Shown here piece after piece: positions 51,746-53,377 of a stretch of 53,377 nt of DNA (its first letter is position 1; the number at the start of each line of letters is the position of its first letter). Source of the stretch: a virus (taxonomy: Duplodnaviria > Caudoviricetes). The position numbers and the translations under genes are program-made. Where the stretch lies: the IMG/VR virus record IMGVR_UViG_3300023296_001269, positions 1 through 53,377 of that record, one strand, 5' to 3'. The notes below the pieces were generated by a model that was given only the letters and a program-made list of their open reading frames with translations, ran no database searches and was not told the origin of the DNA.

Positions 51746-53377
51746 TATACAGGATCAACTGCAGAAATTGGGTTACCAGGGGCTGTAGTGACGGTCATCG
51801 TATACGCGACGGTCGTATCATCTGTCTCGTACACAGACATTACCCCCGCAACAATTTCTACTTTATTTCTAAGCTGGTACAGCGATTCTGCCATCGTGCG
51901 GCCATCGCCCAAATCATAATTCACGACGTCGGCAGCAGAGTGGGTACTAAAGCCAGTTGCCGTTGTCCATGTGGAGTTACCAACTACAGCCAACGCTGTG
52001 AACGCGTCGTTCATTTCTGCTTTGGTAGGGCCATCATAAGTAGCAAGAGCTGTATCTACTTCTCCAGTGCTGATATTCTCCAGGTCATCTAAGGTCGTTA
52101 ACACACCAGAGATCGAATAGCCGGTCTTGTCGTTATTTGTCCCCACAACTACTGTATCCGCGGCAGGGTCAAAGTAATTTGCCGCCACAATGGTGCGAGT
52201 CTCGAATTCAGCTACGGTTGGTATATCCGCTAACTGAGTATCCAGATCTGCAGAGGAAAGGCCAACTGCGCTGCGGATACCTGCTGCGGATATCATGTCT
52301 GTATTGGTAGTTGTCGTATCAACTAATGTGACATTTGCGACTGCGTCCGCGGCGGGATCGAAGTAATCATCTGCGGTAATAGTACGCGCCTCGAATTCAG
52401 CTACGGTTGGAATGTCTGCTAACTGTGTGTCCAGATTAGCAGAAGAGAGCCCCAACGCTGTACGGACGCCTGCCGCGGATATCATATCTGTATTTGTTGT
52501 CGTAGTGCCCACTAATGTAACATTAGCTACTGTATCCGCGGTAGGGTCAAAGTATGCCGCAGCCACGAGGGTGCGAGCCTCGAACTCCGCAACAGTAGGT
52601 ATATCTGCCAGTTGCGTATCCAGATCTGCAGAAGAAAGACCGACCGCGCTCCGGATACCAGCTGCAGTTATCATGTCTGTATTTGTTGTAGTAGTATCAA
52701 CTAATGTAACATTAGCTACAGCGTCCGTGGCGGGATCAAAGTAAGCGGCCGCCACAATGGTACGTGCTTCGAATTCTGCTACAGTGGGTAGATCCGCTAA
52801 TTGTGTATCCAGATCTGCAGAAGAGAGGCCCAACGCACTACGAACGTCCGCTGCGGATAACATATCTGTATTGGTAGTCGTAGTAGCGACCAACGTCACG
52901 TTTGCTACCGCGTCTGTGGTCGGATCAAAGTAATTTGCCGCTACCAGTGTTCTTGCTTCGAATTCAGCAACAGTTGGTATATCCGCTAACTGTGTGTCCA
53001 GATTAGCAGAGGATAAACCGAGGGCTGCACGGGTGGCAGCCGCGTCCATTCCGCCACCGGCCCCAATATCATCTACAGTTTTAGTAGTTGTTGGGTTAAC
53101 GTCAAAGAAGTAAGATACGTTGTTCGCAAGATCTCCCTCGTTGGATTCTGAAAGGGCGGTAGACAGGAACGCCCCGACGGCCACCATGTCTGACGCGACG
53201 TCGAAGTAATCATCTGCAGCAATGGTACGCGCCTCGAATTCAGCAACAGTCGGTATATCCGCTAATTGAGTATCCAGATTAGCGGAAGAGAGCCCAACCG
53301 CTGTCTGAATGTCTGCAGCAGATACTTTGTCTGTATTGGTGGTTGTTGTTGCTACTAATGTAACATTAGCTACAGCG
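51745..53377 (-). CDS. Fibre-like protein with 63-aa tandem repeats; 5' end outside window
   Basis: Frame is open beyond 53187 to the window edge, with a further repeat copy there. Confidence 0.85.
   Translation of the reverse strand, partial: AVANVTLVATTTTNTDKVSAADIQTAVGLSSANLDTQLADIPTVAEFEARTIAADDYFDVASDMVAVGAFLSTALSESNEGDLANNVSYFFDVNPTTTKTVDDIGAGGGMDAAATRAALGLSSANLDTQLADIPTVAEFEARTLVAANYFDPTTDAVANVTLVATTTTNTDMLSAADVRSALGLSSADLDTQLADLPTVAEFEARTIVAAAYFDPATDAVANVTLVDTTTTNTDMITAAGIRSAVGLSSADLDTQLADIPTVAEFEARTLVAAAYFDPTADTVANVTLVGTTTTNTDMISAAGVRTALGLSSANLDTQLADIPTVAEFEARTITADDYFDPAADAVANVTLVDTTTTNTDMISAAGIRSAVGLSSADLDTQLADIPTVAEFETRTIVAANYFDPAADTVVVGTNNDKTGYSISGVLTTLDDLENISTGEVDTALATYDGPTKAEMNDAFTALAVVGNSTWTTATGFSTHSAADVVNYDLGDGRTMAESLYQLRNKVEIVAGVMSVYETDDTTVAYTMTVTTAPGNPISAVDPV
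52150..53377 (-). repeat. 189-bp coding tandem repeat (five copies, the last partial, plus one upstream)
   Basis: gaattcagctacggttgg recurs at 52204 and 52393 (189-bp period); unit AAGIRSAVGLSSADLDTQLADIPTVAEFEART...YFDP...VANVTLV.TTTTNTDM. Confidence 0.9.

Larger units (their letters stand above)
1..53377. mobile_element. Fragment of a large contractile-tailed bacteriophage genome (jumbo-phage-like)
   Basis: Large terminase, baseplate J, gp25-like, hub and tail-fibre-like genes, phage sigma factor, ligase and RNase H, dense mostly single-strand coding, no host housekeeping genes. No integrase or host junction seen. Confidence 0.93.

Noticed and set aside
24758-52744. Many plus-strand ORFs of 60-200 aa opposite the structural genes, and similar ones elsewhere
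   Set aside because: They lie wholly antisense to longer motif-bearing genes and mirror their repeats (e.g. KSKSKS from FDFDF); treated as shadow ORFs.
1-53377. Stop-codon reassignment, prompted by the possible UUA anticodon
   Set aside because: Long genes are intact in the standard code, and TAA, TAG and TGA all end genes at tight junctions.
1-53377. Prophage boundary or attachment site
   Set aside because: No integrase, host genes or flanking direct repeats seen.

Overview
This window is an internal fragment of a large tailed (myovirus-like, probably jumbo) bacteriophage genome, coded almost entirely on the minus strand. Left part (1-12.9 kb): ATP-dependent DNA ligase, RNase HI, cupin, GpA-type large terminase, a degenerate DnaG-like protein, a K-x-A-rich probable head protein and CsrA. 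Middle part (12.9-22.3 kb): a GP88-like protein, a frameshifted SWIM protein and a Ycf46-like AAA / DUF1257 / DUF2997 / RASHVEP / DUF3150-like module; this gene set suggests, but does not prove, a Planctomycetota host. At 22.3-24.4 kb: a ~520-nt hairpin-dense putative ncRNA, an oversized tRNA-like cloverleaf, a duplicated 30-bp promoter-like motif and an AT-rich patch with palindromes. Right part (24.4-53.4 kb): three glycosyltransferases next to Cys-rich, Ser/Thr-tract-bearing tail/baseplate proteins, baseplate J, gp25-like and hub genes, a phage sigma factor and a 63-aa-repeat protein cut off by the window edge. Best candidates for new biology: (1) the large structured RNA and tRNA-like element; (2) a shared C-terminal R-x-x-R-x-[ILV]-[DM]-[LI] tag on five unrelated proteins around the AAA module; (3) a putative virion glycosylation/disulfide system; (4) plus-strand genes set head-to-head into minus-strand runs, two of them sharing a CATG start. 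All family calls are by-eye motif recognition; no searches were run.
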